DNA of 64,000 nucleotides, taken from an uncultured bacterium. GTDB taxonomy: Bacteria; Fidelibacterota; Marinisomatia; Marinisomatales; JABMOV01. Under the pieces are notes generated by a model. The model did not search any database and was not told the origin of the DNA. It saw only the letters and a list, made by a program, of their open reading frames with translations. This document shows positions 30,288 to 41,450 of this stretch, piece after piece. Positions within the stretch are counted from its first letter, which is position 1. Every line of letters starts with the position of its first letter. The DNA is taken from positions 48,903 through 112,902 of the forward strand of contig CAZZIU010000002.1 of NCBI GenBank assembly GCA_964654545.1, in the 5' to 3' direction. Both the position numbers and the translations under genes were made by a program.

Positions 30288-31115
30288 ATGCCTCAGAAAA
30301 TATTCTATTTAACTACCGAAATCACTCCATTTGCAAATACAGGGACATTAGGGGATTATTCCGCAAAAGTCCCATTACTACTTCAGGAAAAAGGCCATGA
30401 CATTCGTACAACTATTCCAAAATACGGTTATGTGAGTGAACGGAAATATATTCTTAGAGAAGTCATTCGATTAAGAAGTATACCATTTGAATTCGATGGA
30501 AAAGAAGTAACAGTTTCGGCAAAAAGTGCATTTATACCAAAAACGAGAGTACAGGTATATTTTTTAGAAGATCCAGACCGATTTAAACCCTTAACAAACC
30601 TGGTCTATAAATCAAAAAATGGACGTATTATTTCAGATATAGACGAAAGATTCGCTTTTTTCAATAAAGCTTCACTTGCAATCTTACCCCATTTATTCTG
30701 GAGTCCGGATTTGGTCATTTGCAATGGATGGCAATCCGCTTTTGTTCCGATTATATTTAAACAAGTATATCAGGGAGAAGATTTTTACAAAAACCTGAAA
30801 ACGATATTAATCATTCATTCTGTAGATGAATACACCGATGTGGACCGAAGTGCAATTGAAAAATGCGGTGTAGAAATTCCAGCAACTATGAAAGGCAAGA
30901 AACTCAATTCCTACGAAGTCGCTGCTGAATTTGCTGATAAAATTATTGTATATAATTATCCAGGCGAAGACAATATGGGTAAGCTAAAAGCATTACCTGC
31001 TTTCAAAAAGCATAGTGAAAAAGTGACAGTTTTTGAGTGGGACGATATTGAGACGCCGGATTACGCCGCAATTGCTTCCAACTTAGATGACGAATTGCGG
31101 AACATTACCGAATAG
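30288..31115 (+). CDS. Short glycogen/starch-synthase N-terminal-domain-like protein (no C-terminal GT-B half)
   Basis: IFYLTTEITPFANTGTLGDYSAKVPLLLQEKGHDIRTTIPKYG parallels GlgA EVAPFAKTGGLADV, but the KTGGL lysine and glycine are replaced. Only 275 aa. Confidence 0.6.
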   Translation: MPQKIFYLTTEITPFANTGTLGDYSAKVPLLLQEKGHDIRTTIPKYGYVSERKYILREVIRLRSIPFEFDGKEVTVSAKSAFIPKTRVQVYFLEDPDRFKPLTNLVYKSKNGRIISDIDERFAFFNKASLAILPHLFWSPDLVICNGWQSAFVPIIFKQVYQGEDFYKNLKTILIIHSVDEYTDVDRSAIEKCGVEIPATMKGKKLNSYEVAAEFADKIIVYNYPGEDNMGKLKALPAFKKHSEKVTVFEWDDIETPDYAAIASNLDDELRNITE

Positions 31116-31151
31116 CCAGTAGTTCTAATTTTTCAACATACACAGGTAAAC

Positions 31152-32387
31152 ATGAAAAACATTTCGGTAGTGATCACGGCTCTGTTTCTGTTCCTCAGTC
31201 AGGGTTGCGAAGAAAAACCAATCATTTACAAAGACTTAAATCCTCCATTTGTCTCTGATTCGCTTATAATAAATTCGATTTACGGGTTTTCCTATCAAAT
31301 CCCACCGTTAATGGGTGACTATAAAAAACTTTATTTAGGGAATTACCAGGATTATCAAAATCCATTCATTTTGTTTGCGGTGAGTCGAATTACAGGTAGC
31401 AATGTAGCCATGGAATCGTTACTGGACTCTAACATTATCATTGATAATGTTTCGTTTAGAATATCAAGTGCCGACAGTGAAATTGTCAGCAGTTCGGAAT
31501 ACAGTTTATTTTATTTCCCGAATAGCAGTGATTCACTTTTCCACGAATATGAAACCAATTACCTTGATGGTTTGGATATTACTGTAAATAATGAAAAGAT
31601 ATTTTTGAGCGATACAATGCTGGTAGCACAAATAGACACTACATATAATTCTGATTCTACAACCACCATTACGCAAGACAGGTTTCTAGAATTTGATATC
31701 CCCATGAGTGTATTTGAGATATTTGCAGATACATCTTCCTCAACGACACAAAATCGTTCTTTTATGTTATCCGGACCTGATGATTATAATGGATTGACCA
31801 CGTTTTACAGTCGTCAATCATTAACCAATATACCCGTGTTTAAGGTGAATTATACCGTAAGTGACACAGATACAAGCATCTCCCGATCTGTTTCTTTCCC
31901 ACTTTCCCGAGATGTAACCTATTTGATTCCGCCTGATTTATCAAACGATGACACATTATTTGCTTCAGTTGGTCGGGCGAAAGGGCTTCATTCAATTCTC
32001 CAGATTAATTACGATTTCTCCCTTCTTGGAGAACAGATTGTTGTTAAAGAAGCAAAGCTAAATATGTTTGCAATAGATACGGTAAACGAGAATTACAAAA
32101 TATTGTTTTATGCACTTGAAGATTCAGTCACATCAGTTGAATCAAGACCAACAGAAGATCCATACGAAAATTTGTACTCTGCTTATTATCAACAATCCAG
32201 CATGAAGAACGGGATGATCACTTTCGATATGAAGTTAGTTTTCCAGGATATTGTAATGGGAAACATAAAAAATTATGGTTTCAAATTATTGGGAAATTCT
32301 GAAAACCCATTTGATATTTTGCATCTTGGTCTACCGGGAGATACTGGCTTTGAACCATATGTGGAGGTCCATTATGTTTCGGATTAG
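31152..32387 (+). CDS. Lipoprotein of unknown function (possibly DUF4270-like)
   Basis: Lipobox LFLSQGC, with Ser/Thr/Asn-rich beta-type sequence. The DUF4270 guess rests only on my recollection that Bacteroidota place such a gene after the short GlgA-like gene. Confidence 0.45.
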   Translation: MKNISVVITALFLFLSQGCEEKPIIYKDLNPPFVSDSLIINSIYGFSYQIPPLMGDYKKLYLGNYQDYQNPFILFAVSRITGSNVAMESLLDSNIIIDNVSFRISSADSEIVSSSEYSLFYFPNSSDSLFHEYETNYLDGLDITVNNEKIFLSDTMLVAQIDTTYNSDSTTTITQDRFLEFDIPMSVFEIFADTSSSTTQNRSFMLSGPDDYNGLTTFYSRQSLTNIPVFKVNYTVSDTDTSISRSVSFPLSRDVTYLIPPDLSNDDTLFASVGRAKGLHSILQINYDFSLLGEQIVVKEAKLNMFAIDTVNENYKILFYALEDSVTSVESRPTEDPYENLYSAYYQQSSMKNGMITFDMKLVFQDIVMGNIKNYGFKLLGNSENPFDILHLGLPGDTGFEPYVEVHYVSD

Positions 32388-33633
32388 TGTTTTTGTGTTA
32401 TTCTTTTTTGCGATTGGTATTTCCCAAACTCTAATGAATTCTTACGGTATTGGTACTGTCAATCAAAATTCCAGTACTGCGGCGTTAGGGAATGGGTCAA
32501 ATAGTATAACACCAAGTTTTGCAAATGGAGTTTCGCTTTCCAATGCTGCAACATGGAAAAATCTGGATTACACATATCTCCATATTGATTACAGCGGTGG
32601 TCAGACCATATTTGGTGAAAATAATATTGGTCAATTTTCAGGTTTACATCGGGCCCAATTAATTGTCCCGATAAAATCAAAGCACGCATTCGGGTTGTCA
32701 TTGTATCCATATGCATCCAAACAGGCCGATCTCATGACACCATCCGATTCTATGACAGTACCGATTGGAAATAAATCAGAAGGTGGGGTCAATGCATTAA
32801 GCACATCCGTCGGTATTGAACTTTCGGAAAATGAATCTTTGGGCTTGTCTTATGCCATATTGTTTGGTTCATCCAGATTAATAAAATCGATGACAATCGA
32901 TGAATCATCCTATGTGCAAACCACCAGAATGAGTCACAATGCTGGACTTCTGGACATGAGCATTACATCAGACCGATTTATATACAACGATCGACCCATT
33001 ATATTGTATGGACGTATTGGGTTTGCGATTCAACCAATGGATGTTCGGATTTATAAATACCATCTTTTTGAAGATATCGATGGATCAGGTAGTCATAATT
33101 CTTCTACCGTTTCTTCCCAGGCAGATTTTCCCAATCCGGGATCGGTACCACCACCTGAGTATAACGTGGTGAAGAAAGCCTATTCTCCATTTTCCATTTC
33201 AGCTGGTCTAAATTATCCTCTTAAAAAATCTTGGAATATTGTTAGCGAATTTGAATTGTTAAACAATAATTATTCGTCAGATTATACTCTGTTTGCGCCT
33301 CTTCAAGATGCTGTTGTTTCGCAAACAAAGCTACAAATTGGGATCAATCGATTCCATCGATCCATTCTGAGAAATATGAGTGATCGATTGTCAATTAGAA
33401 GTGGCATCTATAGTCATCGATATTTGTTGGATAATACTGCAAAAGGGATAATGGAAAATGGCATTGCACTGGGGTTTGGTTATATATTTGGGATTACAAA
33501 AAATCAATTGGATATCTCATATCAAATGGGGGTTCGATCAGGTTTAACCAATAGTGAGAATGAAAAATTTTCTAAATTTTCAATGGGAATCAGCATTGGC
33601 GATATTTGGTTCGTAAAAAGGAGAGAGTTATAA
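32374..33633 (+). CDS. Putative outer-membrane beta-barrel protein
   Basis: GGAGG lies 6 nt upstream of ATG 32374. Signal peptide MFRISVFVLFFFAIGISQ, and alternating hydrophobic beta-strand patterns throughout. The ORF-track start at 32275 was trimmed. Confidence 0.5.
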   Translation: MFRISVFVLFFFAIGISQTLMNSYGIGTVNQNSSTAALGNGSNSITPSFANGVSLSNAATWKNLDYTYLHIDYSGGQTIFGENNIGQFSGLHRAQLIVPIKSKHAFGLSLYPYASKQADLMTPSDSMTVPIGNKSEGGVNALSTSVGIELSENESLGLSYAILFGSSRLIKSMTIDESSYVQTTRMSHNAGLLDMSITSDRFIYNDRPIILYGRIGFAIQPMDVRIYKYHLFEDIDGSGSHNSSTVSSQADFPNPGSVPPPEYNVVKKAYSPFSISAGLNYPLKKSWNIVSEFELLNNNYSSDYTLFAPLQDAVVSQTKLQIGINRFHRSILRNMSDRLSIRSGIYSHRYLLDNTAKGIMENGIALGFGYIFGITKNQLDISYQMGVRSGLTNSENEKFSKFSMGISIGDIWFVKRREL

Positions 33634-34911
33634 ATGAACGTATCACAGCTTAAATTAATTGGATTAGTGATTATTGTTTTGGTCATCAGTATGTGTGTCC
33701 CACCATCTGAAGATCCCAATGCAGTAAGTGCAGCTGAACAGGCCAAACTTGATTCATTACGTGAATTGAGGTGTCCTCGATTAATGAGCTCTGCCGCGGA
33801 ATATTACCGCAATCAGGATTGGAAGCAAACTGTAAATATTTACAGTCAAATACTTGACTTAGGATGTGACCAATGGAATCCAATTTATGCCCCGCCGGAA
33901 GAAATTTACCTGTATTATGCCATCGCATATGAATTTCTTGGAAAATTTGATAGTTCTGAATATATCTTACTTAAAGGTACAAAGATTTTACCCGATAATT
34001 CAGATTTGATAAAACGATTGGCCTACTCATACAAACGACAAAGCAAGCTCGATGATGAAATCATTGAACGCGAACGTTTAATGGATTTAACCCCGGGAGA
34101 GACTGAAAATCTAATGGAGTTAGTGCGAGCATACGGCGATAAAGAGGACTGTGACAGACAAATTGATATATTGCGCAAGGTTTTGGAGGTTGAGCCGGAT
34201 AATCAAATTGCAAAAGGCGAACTTGTTGTAGCCTATGAAAACTGTAATAGGGATATTTTGGAAATTTATGCGGAACGCTGTGAGAGTTCTCCAGAGAATA
34301 TTTCCTATTGCATAGATTATGCAGATAAATTGATCGAAGCAGACCGTCCTGAAGAAGCTGTGCAAATATTAAATAGTGTGATACTACAAGATAATTCTTC
34401 CAAAATTGCCTTTCGAAAACTTGCACGCGCATACGAATTAACGGATGACTTAGCCAAGGCTTCAAAAGCGTATGAAGATTTATTCGCCATTGATCCACGG
34501 GATGTTTCTGTGGCCTTAAGGGTATCAGAAGTAAATGCGCTTGCAGATGACTACGGTCGTGCGATTCGTTGGGCTGAAAAAGCTGTTCAGATCTCCAATG
34601 GTTCCGGTGATGCATTGGGTCAAAAAGGGCAGGTTTACTACAAAGCACTCAGTTATTGTCGTACCGCAGACGTGACGGATGATGACAGAATTATTGCATC
34701 ATTGGCATACAAATATTTCTCAGAAGCTGAGGCAAAAGGAAACCGTAAATATCGTGGTTCCATGAGCTGGTTGGAAGAAAATGACATGCTTTATTCAAAA
34801 GCCAACTGGTTTATGCTTGATACGGAAAAAAAGAAAAAAGGTTGGGTAAAGCCTGGCTCATCCTGTTATAGTTGGATAACGGAGAAACTGGAGAAAGATC
34901 CAAGCTGGTAA
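33634..34911 (+). CDS. TPR-repeat lipoprotein
   Basis: Lipobox-like VISMC, and repeated A..Y..A...D/P TPR-type helices ([26 protein letters not shown] and others). Confidence 0.65.
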   Translation: MNVSQLKLIGLVIIVLVISMCVPPSEDPNAVSAAEQAKLDSLRELRCPRLMSSAAEYYRNQDWKQTVNIYSQILDLGCDQWNPIYAPPEEIYLYYAIAYEFLGKFDSSEYILLKGTKILPDNSDLIKRLAYSYKRQSKLDDEIIERERLMDLTPGETENLMELVRAYGDKEDCDRQIDILRKVLEVEPDNQIAKGELVVAYENCNRDILEIYAERCESSPENISYCIDYADKLIEADRPEEAVQILNSVILQDNSSKIAFRKLARAYELTDDLAKASKAYEDLFAIDPRDVSVALRVSEVNALADDYGRAIRWAEKAVQISNGSGDALGQKGQVYYKALSYCRTADVTDDDRIIASLAYKYFSEAEAKGNRKYRGSMSWLEENDMLYSKANWFMLDTEKKKKGWVKPGSSCYSWITEKLEKDPSW

Positions 34912-34924
34912 AATTGGTATTATT

Positions 34925-36229
34925 ATGAGTTTGTCAATTCTTAAAAATGCTGATCCTGAGTTATATGGTGTTTTAATGCGGGAGTTATCACGTGAGCACG
35001 ATACGCTGGAGTTAATCGCGTCGGAAAATTTTGTAAGCTACGCTGTAATGGAAATGGCTGGTGGAGTCATGACCAACAAGTACGCGGAAGGATACCCAGG
35101 AAAACGGTATTATGGAGGCTGTGAATTCGTTGATGAAGCGGAAAATCTAGCACGAGATAGAGCCAAAAAACTTTTCAATGCAGAATACGCGAATGTTCAA
35201 CCTCATTCAGGTTCACAAGCAAATATGGCAGCCTTAATGACGTTTGCAAATGTAGGGGATACCATTATGGGGTTGGACCTGGCTCACGGTGGACATCTGA
35301 CACATGGGAGTCCGGTGAATTTTTCAGGGCAGCTGTATAATATTGTATCCTATCAGGTTTCTGAGTCTTCTGGTCGGGTCGATCTTGACGACGTTCGTGA
35401 GAAGGCAAAAAAATGCAATCCAAAAGTAATTATATGTGGCGGGAGTGCGTATCCAAGATATATTGAATTCGAAGGATTCAGAAGTATTGCTGATGAAGTG
35501 GGAGCATTTCTTATGGCAGATATAGCCCATCCTTCTGGTTTGGTTGCTACGGGCCTGCATCCATCGCCTATGCCATATTGTGATGTCGTTACAACAACAA
35601 CCCATAAAACATTACGAGGTCCGCGTGGGGGCATGATAATGATGGGCAAAGACCGTGATAATCCCTGGGGTAAAGTCGCTCCAAAATCTGGTCGCACCAA
35701 ACAGATATCTGAATTAATTGATTCCACCGTGATGCCAGGGATTCAAGGTGGACCGCTCATGCATATTATAGCAGCAAAAGCAGTTGCATTTGGCGAAGCG
35801 TTACAACCTGAATTTAAACAGTATACACAAAAAATTATTGATAATGCCCAGGAATTGGCAAAATCGTTTTTGGAAAATGATTATACATTAATTTCCGGTG
35901 GTACGGATACCCATTTGGTGTTGATTGATTTGAGTAATAAAGATATCACAGGAAAAATGGCTGAAAAAGCGCTTGAATCTGCCGGAATAACGGTTAATAA
36001 AAATATGGTTCCTTTTGATAAGCGGAGTCCATTTATTACCAGCGGAATACGCGTAGGGACACCGGCGATAACAACTCGAGGAATGGGTCGCGATGAAATG
36101 CGGCTCATCGTTCAGATGATCGATGATGTGATTACTTCTCCGGAAGATAGAATGGTAATAGATCGAGTCAGGGGAGAGGTTATTGAGTTATGTTCCTCAT
36201 TCCCATTGTACGAAAACTTACACGGATAA
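34925..36229 (+). CDS. glyA: Serine hydroxymethyltransferase
   Basis: [21 protein letters not shown], and the PLP site [14 protein letters not shown]. Confidence 0.97.
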   Translation: MSLSILKNADPELYGVLMRELSREHDTLELIASENFVSYAVMEMAGGVMTNKYAEGYPGKRYYGGCEFVDEAENLARDRAKKLFNAEYANVQPHSGSQANMAALMTFANVGDTIMGLDLAHGGHLTHGSPVNFSGQLYNIVSYQVSESSGRVDLDDVREKAKKCNPKVIICGGSAYPRYIEFEGFRSIADEVGAFLMADIAHPSGLVATGLHPSPMPYCDVVTTTTHKTLRGPRGGMIMMGKDRDNPWGKVAPKSGRTKQISELIDSTVMPGIQGGPLMHIIAAKAVAFGEALQPEFKQYTQKIIDNAQELAKSFLENDYTLISGGTDTHLVLIDLSNKDITGKMAEKALESAGITVNKNMVPFDKRSPFITSGIRVGTPAITTRGMGRDEMRLIVQMIDDVITSPEDRMVIDRVRGEVIELCSSFPLYENLHG

Positions 36230-36235
36230 ACATCC

Positions 36236-37147
36236 ATGGCTAATGCATTACCAAAATATTGGTATTGTCTCATATGCGCAACACTTTTCGTTGGTTGCAC
36301 TCCCACATCCTATATAACCAATAAATTGAATGATACTTTCCAGTATGCGGGATTGGTGTATCAATCTGAAAATGATCCGATTCTTGTGAGGGAAGCGTTT
36401 CCCTTTAATTTAAAAACACTTGATATTCTCATTGCATCCAATCCGGATAATATTGATCTTCTTCGTACCGCTACTTCCTCCTATACAATGTATGCGTATG
36501 GCTTCATTTTGGAAGATGCAAAACGGACTAGTTTTGTGGATTATCAGAAGGGGAAAAAGGGTTTTACCAGAGCACAAAATCTATTTTTACGTGCAAGAGA
36601 TTATGGCATCCGCGCATTGGAATTAAAATATCCTGAATTAGAAAATTTGATAACAAAAAATCAGATGCCAAGCACAATGACATTTGAAAATGGAGATGTG
36701 GAATTGTTGTATTGGACCGCCGCCGCTATGGCTGGGACTATCATTTCCAGTTCAGCAAACCCCCAATTCCTCATTCAAATGCCCACCGTTGGATGGCTGT
36801 TTCAGAAAGCGCTTGAAACCGATTCAGATTGGAACAATGGTGCTTTGTATACAGCCATGATTTCTTATTCCATTTCGCGACCGGATGCGGGAGTTGATGC
36901 AGAGGATATTGCACGCAGTTATTTTGACAAGGCTGTCGTGATTTCAAATGGTAACGATTGCAGTCCTTTCGTTGCTTTAGCAGAAGCTGTTTCAGTCAAA
37001 AATCAAAATAGGGAAGAATTCGAAAAATTATTATCGCAAGCACTAAATATTGATGTAAATAAAAATTTGGATATACGCCTTGCAAATATCTTAGCCCAGG
37101 ATCATGCAAAATGGTTATTAGAAATTTCAGATGAGTTGTTTTACTAA
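36236..37147 (+). CDS. TatT-like TPR lipoprotein of a TPR-protein-associated TRAP transporter (TPAT)
   Basis: Lipobox LFVGC, an all-helical sequence, and the C-terminal REEFEKLLSQAL...LANILAQDHAKWLL. It sits immediately upstream of a DctP-type SBP, sharing 1 nt with it. Confidence 0.6.
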   Translation: MANALPKYWYCLICATLFVGCTPTSYITNKLNDTFQYAGLVYQSENDPILVREAFPFNLKTLDILIASNPDNIDLLRTATSSYTMYAYGFILEDAKRTSFVDYQKGKKGFTRAQNLFLRARDYGIRALELKYPELENLITKNQMPSTMTFENGDVELLYWTAAAMAGTIISSSANPQFLIQMPTVGWLFQKALETDSDWNNGALYTAMISYSISRPDAGVDAEDIARSYFDKAVVISNGNDCSPFVALAEAVSVKNQNREEFEKLLSQALNIDVNKNLDIRLANILAQDHAKWLLEISDELFY

Positions 37148-38142
37148 TGAGAAAACAAATACTTACGATAGTCCTAGTTTTGTTGTTTTGCGTACCCCTT
37201 AATGCAAAAAAAGTCATTATTAAAATGGCGACACTTGCACCGGAAGGCACCGAATGGCATGGAATGTTGGTCGATATGGGGCAACAATGGAAAGCAGCAA
37301 CCGATGGAGAAGTCATCTTGAAAATATATCCAAATGGAGTTGTTGGTGATGAACGTGATATGATTCGGAAAATGCGTATTGGTCAAATACAGGCTGCAGC
37401 AATAACCAGTGAAGGAATGTCGGAATTAAATCCTGATGTTAACGTATTTATTACACCCTTATTATTTGATAATTATGATGATGTGGATTATATCCGCGAT
37501 CAAATTGGTCCAGAATTAGAAGCTGGAATTGAAAAGAACGGATTTAAATTATTGTATTGGGCAGATGTAGGTTGGGCCTACTGGTTCGCTACCAAACCCA
37601 TTCTCACACCGGAAGATTTGAAACCCATGAAAATTTTTACCTGGGCAGGGGATTTTAAAGCCAATGCCTTGTGGAGTGAGGCGGGATATAATTCGGTACC
37701 TTTGGCATCTATTGATGTCCTATCCGGATTACAAACAGGTTTAATTAATGCTATTGGTACGAATCCATTGGTGGCTCTATCCATGCAGTGGTTCGGTGTT
37801 GCAGATCATATGTCAAATGTTAAATGGGGTTTGCTGACGGCGGGATTGGTGGTGGATAACAGAACCTGGAATAAAATTAAACCGGAGCATCAGAAAGCAA
37901 TGATGGAGATTGCCAAAAAATTTGGTAGGGAACATCAAGAGTTCAATCGCCATAAGGACGAAGAGGCGATAGCGGCAATGGAACAATATGGGCTTCAGAT
38001 TCATGAAGTCAGTCCGAAGGATAAAGCAGAGTGGAAAAGATTACTTAGAGAATGGTATCCAATAATTCGTGGGAATTTTATTCCTGTAGAGATATTTGAT
38101 AAAGTTACACGATTAATGGACGAACGCAATTCCACCCCTTGA
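37147..38142 (+). CDS. TRAP transporter substrate-binding protein (DctP family)
   Basis: Signal peptide, KMATLAPEGTEWH, and a length and pattern typical of DctP-type SBPs. Confidence 0.85.
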   Translation: MRKQILTIVLVLLFCVPLNAKKVIIKMATLAPEGTEWHGMLVDMGQQWKAATDGEVILKIYPNGVVGDERDMIRKMRIGQIQAAAITSEGMSELNPDVNVFITPLLFDNYDDVDYIRDQIGPELEAGIEKNGFKLLYWADVGWAYWFATKPILTPEDLKPMKIFTWAGDFKANALWSEAGYNSVPLASIDVLSGLQTGLINAIGTNPLVALSMQWFGVADHMSNVKWGLLTAGLVVDNRTWNKIKPEHQKAMMEIAKKFGREHQEFNRHKDEEAIAAMEQYGLQIHEVSPKDKAEWKRLLREWYPIIRGNFIPVEIFDKVTRLMDERNSTP

Positions 38143-38146
38143 TTTC

Positions 38147-39937
38147 GTGTTTTACCGTTCTTACAAAGCAGTAGAAGATGGATTGACAATAATCGTCTTT
38201 CTGAGTCTGGTTCTCATACCCGCATCAGAAACTATTTCCAGGTTGTTCAGGTTTTCACTGATTCCAGCATCGCCTATACTCGTTCAGCATTTAACACTAT
38301 GGATTGGGTTTATTGGCGCAATCCTAGCCAGTCGAAAAGGTAAACTGCTGGCCTTGACCACCCACACCATTTTCCAACCAGATGAAAAATTTAATGTTGG
38401 TCATTGGATTGCTCAATTGGTGTCAATTGTTATTGTTTCAGCCCTTGCGTATGGTGCCTTTGAATTATTTCGCATTGAATTCCAGTACCCCATAAACATT
38501 GCCCCACATATTCCGCGATGGTTTGCCATTCTTATAATGCCTATTGGATTTACAGTCATAGCCATTCAAATGGCATTCATGAGCGGAAAATCATGGCGGT
38601 ATCCTATTTCTTTGGTGCTGGCGGGGGCATTATGGTTTTTACTGAATAGATTTGATATGCTGCATGAATATTCGGTTTTCGTTTGGCTGGGATTTGCCAT
38701 TATTGGTACTGCTATGTTGTTCGGAGCCCCAATTTTTATCGGACTTGGAGGACTGGCTGTACTTTTCTTTTGGTTTGATTATGTACCCGTGTCCTCCATA
38801 TCAGCGGAAACATATCGAATTGTCGTTTCACCTTCGTTACCGACGATACCATTGTTTACATTGGCAGGATATCTCTTAGCGGATAGTAAGGCTTCAGAAA
38901 GAATGATGTTGGTCGTGAGATCTTTGTTTGGATGGCTGCCGGGTGGAACTCCTATTATGGTCGTCGTGTTAAGCGGATTTTTTACTGCGCTCACAGGTGG
39001 CTCTGGCGTGACCATCTTAGCCTTAGGCGGATTATTGTACCCGATGCTTCGAAAAGAAGGGTATTCTGAGATGTTTACAATTGGACTTATAACTGTTTCG
39101 GGGTCGGTTGGGCTCCTGTTCCCGCCGAGTCTACCCGCAATTGTATATGGAGTTACTGCAGGTGTTTCTGTAAAAGATGTCTTTTTGGGAGGATTGATAC
39201 CGGGTATTCTGCTGTTGGTACTTATATCCGGCTGGGCCGTCTATCAGGAAAAAGAACAGCGTGTAAAGCGGCAACCGTTTCAATTCGCAACAGTATGGAG
39301 TGCGTTTGTAAAAGCCAAGTGGGAAGCAATTATTCCGGCACTTGTTCTTCTTGGAATTTTCAGTGGTTTCATGACCCTGGTTGAAACTGCAGCACTGACA
39401 GTTTTATATATTTTAATTATCGAAGTGTATGTATACAAAGATTTACAATGGAAAAGTATCCCCGCCATCATTATTGAATGCTCAGCACTAATCGGGGGAG
39501 TATTGATTATTCTGGGTGTGGCGATGGGGTTAACCAGTTATTTGGTAGATGCCCAGATTCCTTATATACTGTCAACCTGGGTGAAATCAGTAATTACATC
39601 AAAATACATATTTTTACTGGCGTTAAATATTCTGCTTCTGGTCGTAGGATGTTTAATGGATATTTTTTCTGCGATTATTGTCATTGTACCATTGATTGCA
39701 CCACTGGGAATTCATTTTGGAATCCACCCGGTGCATTTAGCTGTCATTTTCATCGCCAATTTAGAATTGGGATTTTTAACACCTCCAGTTGGGATGAATC
39801 TGTTTCTATCTGCTTACCGATTCAATAAATCTATGCCAGAATTGTACCGTGCAACGGGACCATTCTATATAGTTCGAATTGTAGCCGTATTATTGATTAC
39901 CTACATACCTATAATCACGTTATGGATGCTTAATTAA
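38147..39937 (+). CDS. TRAP transporter fused small/large permease (DctQ-DctM)
   Basis: 596-aa polytopic protein with a GTG start. A DctQ-like N-terminus is followed by the DctM-like GGSGVTILALGG and LELGFLTPPVGMNLF. Confidence 0.85.
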   Translation: MFYRSYKAVEDGLTIIVFLSLVLIPASETISRLFRFSLIPASPILVQHLTLWIGFIGAILASRKGKLLALTTHTIFQPDEKFNVGHWIAQLVSIVIVSALAYGAFELFRIEFQYPINIAPHIPRWFAILIMPIGFTVIAIQMAFMSGKSWRYPISLVLAGALWFLLNRFDMLHEYSVFVWLGFAIIGTAMLFGAPIFIGLGGLAVLFFWFDYVPVSSISAETYRIVVSPSLPTIPLFTLAGYLLADSKASERMMLVVRSLFGWLPGGTPIMVVVLSGFFTALTGGSGVTILALGGLLYPMLRKEGYSEMFTIGLITVSGSVGLLFPPSLPAIVYGVTAGVSVKDVFLGGLIPGILLLVLISGWAVYQEKEQRVKRQPFQFATVWSAFVKAKWEAIIPALVLLGIFSGFMTLVETAALTVLYILIIEVYVYKDLQWKSIPAIIIECSALIGGVLIILGVAMGLTSYLVDAQIPYILSTWVKSVITSKYIFLLALNILLLVVGCLMDIFSAIIVIVPLIAPLGIHFGIHPVHLAVIFIANLELGFLTPPVGMNLFLSAYRFNKSMPELYRATGPFYIVRIVAVLLITYIPIITLWMLN

Positions 39938-40095
39938 ACATTTCGTGGGAACAATCACACATAACAATCATTTCTTGATTGATCGACGAGCTAGGGATAT
40001 ATTCGCCGACTGAAAATGAGGAGTAGTTAATCGAATAATTGTTATCATTTGGGAAACCAATTCCCAATCGAATTACTAACATTGGAGAAATTTCT

Positions 40096-41430
40096 ATGAA
40101 GCGAATTATAAATTTATTCGCACTACTGCTCATTACGTCAGGTTCTACATTGTATCCGCAGAGTGAAGCTGGAGCAATCTTTCTACTCATAGCGCCCGGT
40201 GCTCGTGCCGGTGGAATGGGTGAAGCACAGGTGGCTTTAGCAGATGATGCCTACGCCAGCTATTGGAATCCTGCCGGATTAGGTTTTTTGAAAGGAACCG
40301 AATTTGGAATGATGCACGTCAACTGGTTACCAAATCTTGCTGATGATATATATTACGAATTTTTTGCAGGCAGACATTATATACCTATGCTTGGTACCGT
40401 TGGTGGGCATTTAATTTTTTTAAATTTAGGTGAGCAGCTCAGAACAGGAGAATTTGGTGAAGATTTAGGTACATTTACGTCGTACATGATGGCTATAACT
40501 GGGTCCTACAGTACTTTGCTTTCTCACAAGTCATCCATTGGATTAAATGCTAAAGTTTCCTATCAACACCTGGCAGAGCAGGGAGCCGGTGCAGAAAAGG
40601 GAAAAGGAACGTCGATAGATTTTGGGTTTGATATTGGATATTTAAACAAAGAATTTTTGACTGAACGATTAACCCTGGGTCTTACTGTGTCAAATATTGG
40701 TCCGAAAGTTGATTTTATTGATCCTGCACAGGGGGATCCACAACCAACCAATCTCACCCTCGGTTTGAACTACCGCTTAATTGACTCTGAGTTCAATAAA
40801 GTAAATGTAGTGTATGATTTGAACAAGATGCTTGTGGCTGCTTATCCCGATATGGATTGGGATGGTGATTATAAAATTGGCGGATATACGGAAGACGGTG
40901 TGTACAACGGTGCCGGTGATTACAATAAATCCGGTCAAATGGAAGTTGCCCATAAGGATCCCATTTATTATGCAATATTTACATCTTGGATTGATGACTG
41001 GTTACTGGGCGGAGATATTGATAAAAGCAGTGCTACCAGTGAAGCGGACAGAGAAATCGGTGGGTGGACTTGGGTTTCCGGAGAAGGCGGCGATGATGTA
41101 TTGGTAAAAACGGATAGCATAAGCCCTGGTGATCCAGGTTGGGGAAAATACAATAGTGATGGTGAATTAGAGGTAGGATCAGGCAAAAAGCGCACAATCA
41201 TGAATGAAATTGATAAACTGGTGCATAATCTTGGTTTTGAATATTGGTATTCCAGTTATTTTGCGATTCGTGGTGGAATTATTTACGATAAAATTGGAAA
41301 AATTTCTAATCCAACTTTTGGTGTAGGGTTACGTTTTGCCGAGTACGGTTTTGATTTTGGGTATATTTCAGGAAAACCTGGTCACCCTTTAACAAATACC
41401 ATGCGATTTTCTCTAAACTGGGTATTTTAA
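40096..41430 (+). CDS. PorV/PorQ-family-like outer-membrane beta-barrel (T9SS-associated family)
   Basis: Signal peptide, then GARAGGMGEAQVALADDAYASYWNPAGLGF, the N-terminal signature I associate with PorV/PorQ barrels. It ends ...RFSLNWVF. An acidic Gly/Asp-rich insert of about 115 aa lies roughly at 40843-41190. Confidence 0.6.
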   Translation: MKRIINLFALLLITSGSTLYPQSEAGAIFLLIAPGARAGGMGEAQVALADDAYASYWNPAGLGFLKGTEFGMMHVNWLPNLADDIYYEFFAGRHYIPMLGTVGGHLIFLNLGEQLRTGEFGEDLGTFTSYMMAITGSYSTLLSHKSSIGLNAKVSYQHLAEQGAGAEKGKGTSIDFGFDIGYLNKEFLTERLTLGLTVSNIGPKVDFIDPAQGDPQPTNLTLGLNYRLIDSEFNKVNVVYDLNKMLVAAYPDMDWDGDYKIGGYTEDGVYNGAGDYNKSGQMEVAHKDPIYYAIFTSWIDDWLLGGDIDKSSATSEADREIGGWTWVSGEGGDDVLVKTDSISPGDPGWGKYNSDGELEVGSGKKRTIMNEIDKLVHNLGFEYWYSSYFAIRGGIIYDKIGKISNPTFGVGLRFAEYGFDFGYISGKPGHPLTNTMRFSLNWVF

Positions 41431-41450
41431 ACTTTTAATTCTAATCCTCG

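Noticed and set aside
40033-40049. AT-rich GAATAATTGTTATCATT upstream of the PorV-like gene, which resembles a Fur box.
   Set aside because: It matches the GATAATGATAATCATTATC consensus at only about 12 of 16 positions, is not a true palindrome, and sits in AT-rich DNA where such matches are expected by chance.
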